The notes under the pieces are model-generated. The model was not told the DNA's origin and ran no database searches. It saw only the letters and a program-made list of their open reading frames with translations. From positions 291,849,765 to 291,913,764 of the forward strand of contig NC_133620.1 in NCBI RefSeq assembly GCF_048593235.1: a stretch of DNA of 64,000 bases, read 5' to 3'. Each line of letters starts with the position of its first letter. The first letter of the stretch is position 1. This DNA comes from Sminthopsis crassicaudata. Lineage: Eukaryota. This document shows positions 52,000-64,000 of this stretch, piece by piece. The translations under genes and the position numbers were made by a program.

Positions 52000-54130
52000 G
52001 TTCTATTGGTTGGTTGTTTACCTTTATTCTTGAAGAGGACCAAAATGACATTACTATGTTGTAGCCAAAGTATAGTAGATCTAACTGTGGCTAATCAAAT
52101 TATTATGAATTTGGAAAGTTCTGCCACAGGTTGAATACAAACAATTCATATGAACATATGAAGTAGAAATATCTCTAAATTTGCACATCTTTCATTTCTT
52201 TTGAAATACTTCAATTCTGTTTCACTCATAGAGCACAGTGCCTTCTTTGAAGTGAACCTACTATGCTGGGTGGTCCCTTTACCAGTGTCTCTCATGTGAT
52301 GCAATAATTTACAAAGTTCTTGTTCTTTCCAAAGACTGTCATTTATCACTCCTTCTGACCACTATGTAAGCACCTGCCTTACGTGAATTCTCAGTACAAT
52401 AGTACATTTGGCATTCTGACAATGTGGCTAGTCCATCAGAGTTGCACTCTCTGCAATAGAGATTGAATGCTTGGCAGTTTCTCTCAAGAAGGGACCTCAG
52501 TGTCCAGTACCTTATCTTGTCAGGTGATCTTTAGAATTTTTCTGAGGCAATTCAAATGGAATTAATTCAGTTTCTCGGAATGGCACTGGAATACAGGCAT
52601 ACAATAATGAGTTCTGTGTGATGGTTCTGTAGACCTTACATTGGGAGATGTAATACCTTTTCACTCCTACACTTTCCTTGGAGCTTCCCAAACACTCAGT
52701 CAGTTCTGGCAGTACATGTGTCAACCTTATCATCTATGTAGACATATACTAGTGCATATATAGTTATATATACGTGTGTATGTATATATTTATTTACAAC
52801 CATATATATGTATGTTTGTATATTATACATGTATATATGTATATAAGTGAACTTATCTATAGTAGTCAAAATTTTTCCATTTGCTGTAACTGATGAATGG
52901 TTTATTGCTGGTTGGTGAAGAACCTGTGTTTTCCTGGTGTTAATTGTTAGGCCAAAATTTGTACAAGCAACACAGAATCAATCCCACTTTGTTACATTTT
53001 AGTTTCAGAAGCTGAAATGAGTCAACAATCATGTGAACAAAAAAATCAAATACCAACTCTCTCTGTACTTTAATCTTTGCCTGTAGTCTTTTCAAGTTAA
53101 ATAATTTATCATCAGTGTGGTAACTGACCTTGATACCATTTTTGACCTTGTTGAAGACATCTGATGACATTGCTGAAAATATAATTTAAAAAAGCATGGG
53201 AACAAGCATGCAACCTTCCTTTACTCCACTGATAACTGGGAAGTCACAAGAACCTGAATCTGCCCTGAACCTTACCAAAGACTTATACATCTCGTGATCT
53301 TTTCATCATTACATTAATTAGAACTTGTTCTGAAATTGACATAAAATACTGATAAAGGTCTCTGGGCAACCAAATTTTGACATAATTTTCCACAAGCTCT
53401 CCTGATTGATGATATCAAAGGCCTTGGTCAGATAATGTTTATACAAACCTTTGTTCTCTTCTTGGCATTTCTCCTAGAGTTATCAGGCAGCAAATACCAT
53501 ATTGACCATTCATTGGCCCCTTTTGAAGCCCCACTGACTGTCAGGTAGATGACCATCTTCTAGGTGAAAGATCAGTCTATAAAGGACTTAGGCAAAAATA
53601 TTGCCAGCAATACTAAGAGAAATCCCACCACCACCACTGTGATTGTGGATAATGTAGACATCCTTGAACTCCTGAGGGGCGGGGGTAACCTCCTCTTGTC
53701 ATATAACCCAGAAAATTTTACTCAGTTTTTATATTAGCAATGGATTCCTCCTCCCTTCCCCCAGAACAGTATAAATTTTGCCTGGAATAGAATCAGAGAA
53801 TCAGCGTCAGGTGCTTTGCCACAGGAGCCAAATGGCATTCAAAACTTCTTCAGTTAGAAAATTGACCAGAGTGGAATTGACTTCAATCTGATGTCATTGA
53901 AATTCAGCATTGATTGATGACAGTCTGTTGAGAACACTATGGAAGTGTTCAGCTCATCTCTTCCGAATTATGTCCTTATCACTAATTAATGTAGCTCCAT
54001 CAGCATTAAATAGTTGAGATGCACCATGGATTTTGGCCTATAAATAGCCTTTAGAGCATCATAAAAACACTTTAGATTGTTACTATCAGCAAAATATTGA
54101 ATTTCATTTCCTTTCTTACTGAGCCCTAAA
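52000..54130 (-). mobile_element. Degraded RTE-clade LINE (BovB/RTE1-like)
   Basis: Minus-strand translations FYDALKAIY..GATLISDKDII..AEHFHSVLNR and GIKVSYHTDDKLFNLKRLQAK match RTE reverse-transcriptase ORF segments, with multiple stops. Confidence 0.8.
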
Positions 54131-55182
54131 CTTTCAAAAAGGTTATAACTCTACCACTCATTCTTTCTTCCCTCATCCTCCAGATGGCATCATGTAAACC
54201 TGTATTTGGAGTCCTGACATTGCCTATATAATCTTGGTCAAGTCACTTAACCTTTCTGAGCCTGTTTCTTCAACTGTAAAATGAGGGTATTTCATTTCAT
54301 CACTCTAAGAATCCCTTCTACTTATAAAATGATGATCTTGTGATTCTACTCATCAAATGATAATTTCATTTTAGGATAACTATTTGTTAGGATTTTTTCC
54401 TTACAAAGACTTACATTTCCCCCCTGTGTAATTGCCACTCTTTACTTCTAGTTCCAACTTCTGGTACTAACTGTCCTCCCTCTTTCATGTAACAGCCATT
54501 TTGACTATCAATCGATAGTCTTGGTCATTCTCTAGTTTATCAGTATATCCACATTTCCATAGATTTTGTGGTCTCATCAATTGGATACCTTGTTCAAGGA
54601 TTCATACTGTAATTTATTTATTCCCCTTTGTGATGTTTGTCCATATCTTCCATTAAATCCTTACAGAGGAGCCCACCTGTCCTACAGGTTTTCCTCTAGG
54701 TCTCTAGATATTGCTTAGATATTATTGAACTATGTGGGCTGTTCATCAGATCTTCTTCACTCCTTTTTTGTTGTTGTTGTTGTTTAGAGGCAACTAGAGC
54801 TCCTTCATTCTTGATCCATGACTATCACACTTTTTCTGGTCTTTTTTGGTCTGGTCCACACCTTTCACAATTTTCAGTTTGTAATGGGTTGCTATCTTAC
54901 TTATATCTGTGATATCTTACTTATATCTGTGATCTCATTGCCATTTGGATTTTGCTTACCTTTAGAGCCTTAGGATCTATGGTATTTAGGGACTGAAGCC
55001 ATGTGGCCATTATTGTTAAAAAGATGGGCCTTTATTTTAGGAAGAAGTTTGGTGATATTAAAAACACTATGAAATTTTCCAAAGGTAATCTGGTTTATCC
55101 ATGTTCTTTTTTAGATATAGAAGTAAATATGTTATATACATGGTATGATTATGACAGAATTCATGGAGATTTTCAGTTTTCT

Positions 55183-55336
55183 TTTTCTTTTTTTTTTTTT
55201 TTTCTGAGGCTGGGGTTAAATGACTTGCTCAGGGTCACACAGCTAGGAAGTGTTAAGTATCTGAGATCAAATTTGAATTCAGGTCCTCCTGAATTCAGGG
55301 CTGGTGCTCTATCCACTGCACCACCTAGCTGCCCCC
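55183..55336 (-). mobile_element. Young marsupial SINE with 15-bp TSD
   Basis: GATTTTCAGTTTTCT at 55168-55182 and 55337-55351. Confidence 0.9.
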
Positions 55337-57436
55337 GATTTTCAGTTTTCTAATCTAAGAGTTCATTTTTTTTTAACCTTCATATCATAGTGTTGACTTA
55401 TATTGAGCTTACAATTCATGAAAATCCTCATATCTTTTTCAAATGATTTGCTTCTAACAACTTGTACTATTGAAGTTGACTTCATAAAAATATGTGTAAA
55501 ACTTTTCATTTATACCCATAAAATTTTATTTTATTACATTTGACTCAGTGTTCTAGACAGAGACAGAAACTTCCCCTAGCTCTTGCTCAGGTCTTTACAG
55601 TTGCTATCTCTTCATGGTTGGAAAATTCTGTGTTTATGTCTTTCTGTGAATAAATGAAAACAGGGTCTATGAACCAATTTCCTCTTCAACAATTCTCTCC
55701 TCTGCCCTCCCATATGATCTGATATACAATTTTGGCCACCAGGTCAGCCTCTGAATGAATACCACTTAGATGAGCCCCTCAAAGAAATCAGACAATAGGT
55801 TTCTATGCAGGGGTTTTGCTTTCTGTAATACTGGTATTATAGACTGATTATATAATACATAAACATAAAACACTTTCCTCTTTTGAAAGTAATAACTCTG
55901 AGCTGTATTGGGAGAGTAGGAAATCCAGTATAGTCTTGGTGAAAAAGAAGAATTACAGCTGAAAGGGACTTTTCAGATTATCTAGTCGAGTCCCTTTATT
56001 TGATAGATGAAAACATTAAGCCTAGAAAGACTAAATAGTTGTCCAAGATCACACAAGTAGTAAGTAGAAAAATCAGGATTTAAATCCAGATTCTCTGATC
56101 CCAAATTCAGTACTTGCATCATGCTGCCAGAAACTAAAAGTTTCAGGAACCTGGTGACTTGCAGGTGAAGGTAATGCTGTCAGAATAGATGGAATGAAGT
56201 ATTTAAAGGCTATCATGAAATAAGGCAATTGTGAGTGGTCTGGCTGGTACTCAGAAACTTTCTTCATTAAATGTTTTCTTTACCATAGGGACCTGATTCT
56301 AAAAGGGTACAGATTCAGTTATCTAGAAATACATAGAAATAGAGATAGACTTAAATAGAAAGTGAGAATCAGAGACATGAACACAGAGGAGTAGAAACCA
56401 AAAAAAACAGATATAAACCCAGAAACATATCCAGGTAGAGATGGATAGAAACACAGAAATGTTTAAAAAATAAAAAAAAAAAACCCACAGAAATAGAAAA
56501 AGAGATTAAAAACAGTTACACAGACGTAACATGTGACCTGATGTATAATTCTGGCTACCAGGTCAAGTCTTACCTGAGTTTTGGTAGGTACTAAATTTTT
56601 GTAGCTTTCAGTGACATGTTGTTGGGCCATTACCAGTTGTCTTGACTTCTATCTTGCCATTGGACTCTGATAACTGTGAAGGAAAGAAAGAGGCAGATGA
56701 TTTTGTGCAGCTCTTCCTCATGTAAACTCAATTCTCCTAAGTCAAGACATCACTCCTGTGATGTCATTGATCCTTTTCAAGAACAAAGAATGAACAACAG
56801 CAATGATGACATTTACTGTTCAGTTTCCACTCTTTTCTTATATAATTTACATTAAGCGCTAAGTCTGGACTCCTTTGAGCTAACCCTACTGAACTTCTAA
56901 ATCTCTATACACTCAAAGAAACTTTAGAAAGAGGAAAGGGACTTACTTATGTGTGCAAAAATATTTATAAAAGTTCTTTTTATAGTGACAAAGAGCTAAA
57001 AATTAAGCAGCGCCTGTTAGTTGGAGACTGGTGAATATAATGGAATATTATTATACCATAAGAAATGATAAAAGGAACAATTTTAGGCATAGCCAGGAAA
57101 TTTTGTATGAATTGATAAGTAATGAAATAAACAGAATCGTTATATAGTAATAACAGCATTAAAAAAAAACTAAGAAAAATTTCATAACTGATCAATTCTG
57201 ATCAATTAATTATCTAATAAGAATTCCATTGAATCTTTGATGAAGTATGCAAGGATGCAACCACGAATTTAAGGTGCAGAATGACATATTTTCAGACATG
57301 GCCATTGTGGGGATTTGTTTTGCTTTACTATGAATATTTTATATAAGTACTTAGTTTTTCTGTCTTTCAATTTTGGAGGAAAGTAGAGAGTAGTTAATAA
57401 ATTTTTTTTTAATTCCTACTAAATTTTTTTTTTTTT

Positions 57437-60010
57437 AATTCCTACTAAAATCACTTGAGAGTATAGGAATAAATGGACTATTCCTTAAAATAATCAGGAG
57501 CATATATTTAAAACCATCAGTAAATATCATATGTAATGGCAATAAACTGGAACCTTTTCCAGTAAGATCAGGAGTGAAACAAGGTTGTCCACTATCACCA
57601 TTACTATTCAATATTGTATTAGAAACGCTAGCCTGGCCAATAAGAGTTGAGAAAGAGATTAAAGGAATTAGAGTAGGTAATGAGGAAACCAAACTATCAC
57701 TCTTTGCAGATGATATGATGGTATACTTAGAGCACCCCAAAGATTCTGCTAAAAAGCTATTAGAAATAATTCATAACTTTAGCAAAGTTACAGGATACAA
57801 AATAAATCTACATAAGTCCTCAGCATCTTTATACATTACCAACAAAATCCAACAGCAAGAGATACAAAGAGAAATTCCATTCAAAATAACTATTGATAGT
57901 ATAAAATATCTGGGAATCTATCCACTAAAGGAAAGTCAGGAATTATATGAGCAAAATTACAAAACACTTGCCACAAAAATAAAGTCAGATTTAAATAATT
58001 GGAAAAATATTAAGTGCTCTTGGATAGGACGAGTGAATATAAAAAATATGACAGTACTCCCAAAACTAATCTATTTATTTAGTGCTATACCAATCAGACT
58101 CCCAAGAAACTATTTTAATGACCTAGAAAAAATAACAACTAAATTCATATGGAAGAACAAAAGGTCAAGAATTTCAAGGGAATTAATGAAAAAAAAATCA
58201 AATGAAAGTGGCCTAGCTGTACCTGATCTAAAACTATATTATAAAGCAGTAGTCATAAAACCATTTGGTATTGGCTAACAAATAGACTAATTGATCAGTG
58301 GAATAGGTTAGGGTTCACAGGACAAAATAGCGAATAACTATGGCAATCTAGTGTTTGACAAACCCAAAGATCCCAACTTTTGGGATAAAAATTCATTATT
58401 TGACAGAAACTGCTGGGAAAACTGGAAATTAGTATGGCAGAAATTAGGTATGGACCCATACTTAACACCACATACTAAGATAAGATCAAAATGAGTTCAT
58501 GATTTGGGCATAAAGAATGAGATTATAAATAAATTAGAGGAACATAGGATAGTTTACCTCTCAGACTTGTGGAGGAGGAAGGAATTTGTGATCAAAGGAG
58601 AACTAGAGATCATTATTGATCACAAAATAGGAAATTTTGATTACATAAAATTAAAAAGCGTTTGTACAAACAAAACTAATGTAAACAAGATTAGAAGGGA
58701 AGTAACAAACTGGGAAAACATTTTTACAGTTAAAGGTTCTGATAAAGACCTCATTTCCAAAATATATAGAGAACTGACTCTAATTTATAAGAAATCAAAC
58801 CATTTTCCAATTGATAAATGGTCAAAGGATATGAACAGACAATTCTCAGAGGATGAAATTGAACTATTTCTACTCATATGAAAGAGTGTTCCAAATCACT
58901 ATTGATCAGAGAAATGCAAATTAAGACAACTCTGAGATACCACTACACATCTGTCAGATTGGCTAAGATGACAGGAAAAAATAATGATGAATGTTGGAGG
59001 GGATGTGGGAAAACTGGGATATTGATGCATTGTTGGTGGAGTTGTGAAAGAATCCAGCCATTCTGGAGAGCAGTCTGAAATTATGTTCAAAAAGTTATCA
59101 AACTGTGCATACCCTTTGATCCAGCAGTGCTACTACTGGGATTATATCCCAAAGAAGGGAAAGGGACCTGCCAAAATGTTTGTGGCAGCCCTTTTTGTAG
59201 TGGCTGGAAACTGGAAAATGAATGGATGCCCATCAATTGGAGAATGATTGGGTAAACTGTGGTATATGAATGTTTTGGTTTTTTTGTTTTTTTTTTTGTT
59301 TTTTTTCTTCTGAGGCTGGGGTTAAGTGACATGCCCAGGGTCACACAGCTAGGAAGTGTTAAGTGTCTGAGATCATATTTAAACTCAGGTCCTCCTGGAT
59401 TCAGGGGTGGTGCTCTATCCACAGCGCCACCTACCTGCCCCTAGTTTATGAATGTTAAGGAATATTATTGTTCTGTAAGAAATGACCAGCAGGATGAATA
59501 CAGAGAGACTTGGAGAGACCTATATGAACTAAAATGCTGAGTGAAATGAGCAGAACCAGGAGATCATTATACACTTCAACAACAATACTATAAGAGATGT
59601 ATTCTGATGGAAGTGGATATCTTCAACAAAGAGAAGATCTAATTCAGATTCAATTGATCAATGATGGACAGAATCAGCTACACCCAAAGAAGGAACACTG
59701 GGAAATGAGTGTAAACTGTTTGCATTTTTGTTTTTGTTCCCAGATTATTTTTACCTTCTGAATCCAATTCTTCCTGTGCAAAAAAAAAAAAAAAAATTGG
59801 TTCTGCACACATATGTTGTATTTAGGATATACTATAACATATTTAACATGTATGAGAATGCCTGTCATCTAGGGGAGGGGGTGGAAGGAAGGAGGGGAAA
59901 ATTCAGCACAGAAGGGAGTGCAAAGGATAATGTTGTAAAAAATTAACCATGCATATGTACTGTCAAAAAAAATGTTAATAAATAAATAAAATAAATTTTA
60001 AAAAAGAAGA
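57437..60010 (+). mobile_element. 5'-truncated, inactive marsupial L1 (ORF2 RT and C-terminal region plus 3'UTR)
   Basis: KQGCPLSPLLFNIVLE, LSLFADDM, YLGI, WIGRVNI, LPKLIYLFSAIPI and C-terminal CWRGCGKTG..HCWW. Split across frames by stops and frameshifts. A-rich tail ~59975-60010. Confidence 0.95.
59276..59441 (-). mobile_element. SINE nested inside the L1
   Basis: SINE body with poly-T tail, flanked by TATGAATGTT on both sides (59266-59275, 59447-59456). Confidence 0.85.
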
Positions 60011-60923
60011 AGAAAAGTAAGAAAGGAGAATCATTGAAATGAATTTTTAATGCATAGAGAAGAAAATAAGGAAAGTCAATACAACACAAACACACAGGAC
60101 AACTTTGAAAATAACATATTGAATTTGGAGGAAGAAGTAAACAATACAGAATAAAGTTTTGCAGTTGAATTTGCCATCTTTTTCTATTATGCTTTGTATG
60201 TGGAAATCTCATCTTATCTAGTGCTAATAAGTTCAGAACTTTTGAATTATATTAAATTCTTAAAAATAACCCTATTATTGATGTCCTGAAATGCCATCCA
60301 TCATACACTCCTCCATGTCCATAAATAAATCCATACAACTTGGTAATTTGATTTTTTTTTTCAATATAGTATTGACTAAGTTCCTATGGATGTGATATAC
60401 ACAGGGCCTTTTGATTCCAATCCCATATATTAGAGACTTCACAGCCTTCATTAGGCAGTAGATGACATTTAGTAACATTTGATAAATTTAATGATGTATT
60501 TCTTATAAACTCAGTGGCATGATATCTGCTTATTCTAAAAGTATCCCTATAGATTTTTGATTTGTATACTATATGCTCTAAGAATATCTGTCAATCTTCT
60601 TCCTTTTAGATAAGGAAATGTTCATTTTCCTACAGCTACTTTAGGGCAATTGTTCCTATGTATTTTTGTCAGTATACTTTTCAAATTTGGAATAATTCCA
60701 TTTCTCAGTTCCAAAATCATATATTAAGACTGTCATTGACTATATGGACATGTATACATATATTGTATTTAACATATACTTTAGCATGTTTAACATGTAT
60801 TGGTCAACTTGCCATCTTGGGGAGGGGGTGGAGGGAAGGAGGGAGAAAATTGGAACAAAAGGTTTTGCAATTGTCAATGCTGAAAAATTACCCATGCATA
60901 TATCTTACAAATAAAAAGCTATA

Positions 60924-61076
60924 GGGGCAGTTAGGTGGTGCAGTAGATAGAGCACTAGCCTTGAATTTAGGAGGACCTGAGTTCAAATTTGGTCTCAGAC
61001 ACTTAACACTTCCTAGCTGTGTGACCCTGGGCAAGTCACTTAACCCCAGCCTCAGGAAAAAAAAATATAAAAAAAA
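60924..61076 (+). mobile_element. SINE inserted in the A-tail of an L1 3' fragment (60700-60923)
   Basis: AATAAAAAGCTATA is duplicated on both sides. Confidence 0.85.
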
Positions 61077-61179
61077 ATAAAAAGCTATATAAAAAAAAAG
61101 ACTGGCATTGTATATTGTTAATTGTTTTAAACATATTCCTCCTACTCAGCTATGACTTTAGGATATTATATAATAGGTA

Positions 61180-61618
61180 TGTGTGGTACGGAAATGGTGA
61201 GGGGTCACCATTTAATAAAAAAAGCTGGAGAGAGCTCTAGAGAAAAGCAAAGTTTATTGTACATTCTCGAGAGAAGGGCGTCCCACCCTTTGAGCAGACA
61301 ATTGAAGAGAGGAAGGCCTCCTGTGGGCAGGACAGCCCTTTTAATCCCTAACGCAAAACGCCCCCTCCCACCACTGACCCTCATCCTCATTGGCTGAGAG
61401 TCTTACATTCTAAACTCTGCCCATGAAATTGAACTTGACCAATAAGTACATAGTTGCCCATATTTGGCTGAAATAGGGAGATGATATCATGGGAGGGGAA
61501 CGCAATTATGCCCTAGACTTGATGTTTAGAGTTCTTCAGGCCTACTCAAACTTTGAAGTAGATGAAGCCTTACTCGATTTTCACAACTGTCTTGAAAGAT
61601 CTCACCTCATCTTATTCA
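61180..61618 (-). mobile_element. Solo LTR (439 bp), ERV1-like 4-bp TSD
   Basis: TG...CA termini with GGTA at 61176-61179 and 61619-61622. Minus-strand AATAAA and TATA-like TTAAAAG. Confidence 0.8.
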
Positions 61619-62479
61619 GGTAAAATTAATATAAGATATATTATTTCACTGTGTTGCTGTGTAAATCAAATAAGATAATGAATGTAAAGTGCTTTGTAAA
61701 CAATTGTCTAGCTGTCATAATTTCTTGGTGTCTACAACCATTCTGGAATCTATCAACAACAGTTCTTTTGCAACAAGGATTTCTGGGAGGGCATTGTGAA
61801 GGCATTGCAGAGTGTTTTGGGGGAAAAGATATCATAAAATGATGATGGGGGAAGAAATACAGTTCAATGTATTTAAATGTATTTGTCATTTTGAGAATGT
61901 TTGAAGAGATGCTAGTGCTTAGGTTTGTCCCATTCTTTCATTCAGAGAGAATGGGAAGAACTGCTGATTGCCATGACCAAGTGTAGTATAACTGGTGCAG
62001 TGGTCAGTGTTGAATGAACTTGTGGTGACATTGTTTCTTAGAGATATCCTCCCTCCTCTACAACTCTTAAGCGACAGAGGAAGTGACTATATTAATTGCT
62101 CCCTCTCTAAGAGCCTTGAAGCATGAAAAAGTCATTTCCTGCCCTTGTAAGTTAGAAGCTCTATAATGAGTGTCTTTTTCAACGAACTGGGCGGGCTTGA
62201 CCTCTTTTTTTGTCCTTCCTACATGTTTGTTTTTTCTTGCTTTTATAAAAGAAATGAACTCACCTACTTCCATTCTTGCATATTGTTATTTGCAAGATAA
62301 AAACTGGGAACTAAGATAAATCTGTAATTAGGACAGTAGAAGCTCCATTCCTTTCCCTCTTTCCCCACTATGGAAAACCGGGAAGAGTTTGGGTTTTCCT
62401 CGGATCATCACTTGGAATTGCCTGAAGTAGTTTTCTAAGCCATCTCTGGGTGATAAGCAGGGAGAGATTAGTGACAAAA

Positions 62480-63200
62480 TAAGAATCATGATTTTTTGTT
62501 GTTGTTGTCCTTCATTCTTGAAGAGGACCAAAATGATATAACTATATTAGAATCAAATTATAATGTTTCTGACTGGTTGATTAGAGCAATATGAGCTTGG
62601 AATGCTCTATCACAGGCTGGGCACAAATAGTCTATATATACATTTGGGCTAAATTCTTTAACTTTGGACATCTTCCTCCTCTTCTGAGTTACTTCAATTC
62701 TGTTTTGCTTATAGAGTGCAATACCTTCTCTGATAAGGGCATGCCATGCTAGGCAGTTCTCTGCCAGTGTCTCATGTCATGTAATTAATTCTAAAGTTCT
62801 TAAGAGAGAATTTGAAAGTATCCTTTTACTGCTTTTTCTGACCACCACAGTAGCATTTGCCCTATGTGAATTCTTCATGGCATTTGAACAATGTGGCTAG
62901 CCCAATGGAGCTGTGTTTGAATGTTTGACTATTTAGTTTGAGAAAGGACTTCAGTGTGTGGTATGGTATCCTGCCATTGAATCCTAAGACAATTCAAATG
63001 TAAGCAATACAGTTTCCTGGTACAGCATTGGTATACTGTCCAGGTTTCACAGGTATACATCAATAAGATCAGCACAATGGCTCTGTAGATTCTCAGGTTG
63101 GTAGTCAATCATTAATACCTTTTCTCTCCCACACTTTCCTTTGGAGCATCATGAAAACTGAGCTAGCTTTGGCAATGTGCTTGTGAACTAGAATTAGTAC
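62480..63200 (-). mobile_element. Second RTE LINE 3' fragment
   Basis: Similar to 52010-52730 (GAAGAGGACCAAAATGA..., CCAGTGTCTC..ATG, CACTTTCCTT..GAGC). Confidence 0.7.
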
Positions 63201-63610
63201 CTCAGGTATGAGGGCTGCTGAGCCCCTTTGGGCTGCTTTCCACTTTTGGAGTTCATCTCCTTTACTTTACCTCTCACCTGTGGCTCCAAGAAAATGTAGC
63301 ATGCCCAGTGGCCACATATCAATAAATCCTTCAGCAGAGGGCTAAACCAGATTGAGGGTAACCAAGGGATCTCAAACCTTACAGTGATTTAGGGGTTAGA
63401 ATGGGTGGATTAAAACAATTTTTTCCAGTGACTATGAAAACAGGTACTTAGAGCTTAATTAGACAATTTTTTCCCTAGTAAATTTATTTATAGTGCATAT
63501 TACTTTATGAATCATGTTAGGAGAGAAAAATCAGAACAAAAGGGAAAAATGATGGGAGAGATTTAAAAAAAAAAAATGCATTAATGTCTCAGTTTTCCCA
63601 CATCTCCTTC

Positions 63611-63887
63611 TGTAATATTCTGGTTAGCTTTCTGGAGGTCTCAGGACCAGCCTTCTTTTCACCAGAATAATCATCACGAGACTAGTCAAGGATAAAGTCC
63701 AAAAGTCTTTATTATCTCCTTCACAGTCTGTCTCCTTCACCTGGGGCCTGGCTAGCTTTCTGGAGGCCCTCTGGAATAGGTCTTGGTTTCAGTGGAGGAA
63801 ATGCAGGAGAGCCACCACGAGGGTGGTGAAGATGAAATCTCAGTCTCCCAGTCCTCTGTTGGCTCTTATATACGCTAACTCTAAACA
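63611..63887 (-). mobile_element. LTR-like fragment
   Basis: TGTAAT...AAACA ends with minus-strand TATATAAG and AATAAAG. No TSD found. Confidence 0.5.
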
Positions 63888-64000
63888 AGAAAAAGAAGAT
63901 AAAAGTAAACTTTTAATATCACAAATTAATATCACAGTGGAATATGAATTAATATGAATGAAAAAAATTTTTTTTAACAAATTAGATGCAAAATAACTTC

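Noticed and set aside
57574-59247. Reverse-transcriptase ORFs as a possibly active or domesticated element
   Set aside because: 5'-truncated with stops, frameshifts and a nested SINE: an ordinary dead L1.
47200-64000. Search for AIF1 exons 1-3, NCR3 or LST1
   Set aside because: No recognisable match by eye. The region is repeat-derived, but highly diverged small exons cannot be excluded without alignment.

Overview
Vertebrate genomic DNA from the MHC class III region, read in the opposite orientation to the human reference. Gene order is C6orf47(+), APOM(-), BAG6(+), PRRC2A(-, hosting SNORA38), AIF1(-). The tRNA-derived CORE-type SINEs, L1 3' ends and RTE LINE look marsupial, probably dasyuromorph-like (inference). 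C6orf47, BAG6 (25 coding exons, 1150 aa) and PRRC2A (31 exons, two hidden in N gaps) are intact with canonical splice sites. The main result is that two flanking genes are broken. APOM keeps all six exons but has two nonsense codons, a dead splice acceptor and several frameshifts. AIF1 survives only as three damaged 3' exons. Both look like unitary pseudogenes. Positions 1-5.5 kb are a nest of solo LTRs where eutherians have GPANK1, and 47.4-64 kb is almost all transposon debris, including a complex local duplication. Human exon sizes and protein sequences used for comparison are recalled from memory, not aligned by software. I found no wholly new gene system; the best novelty candidates are the two gene losses and a possible CUG-initiated extension of C6orf47.
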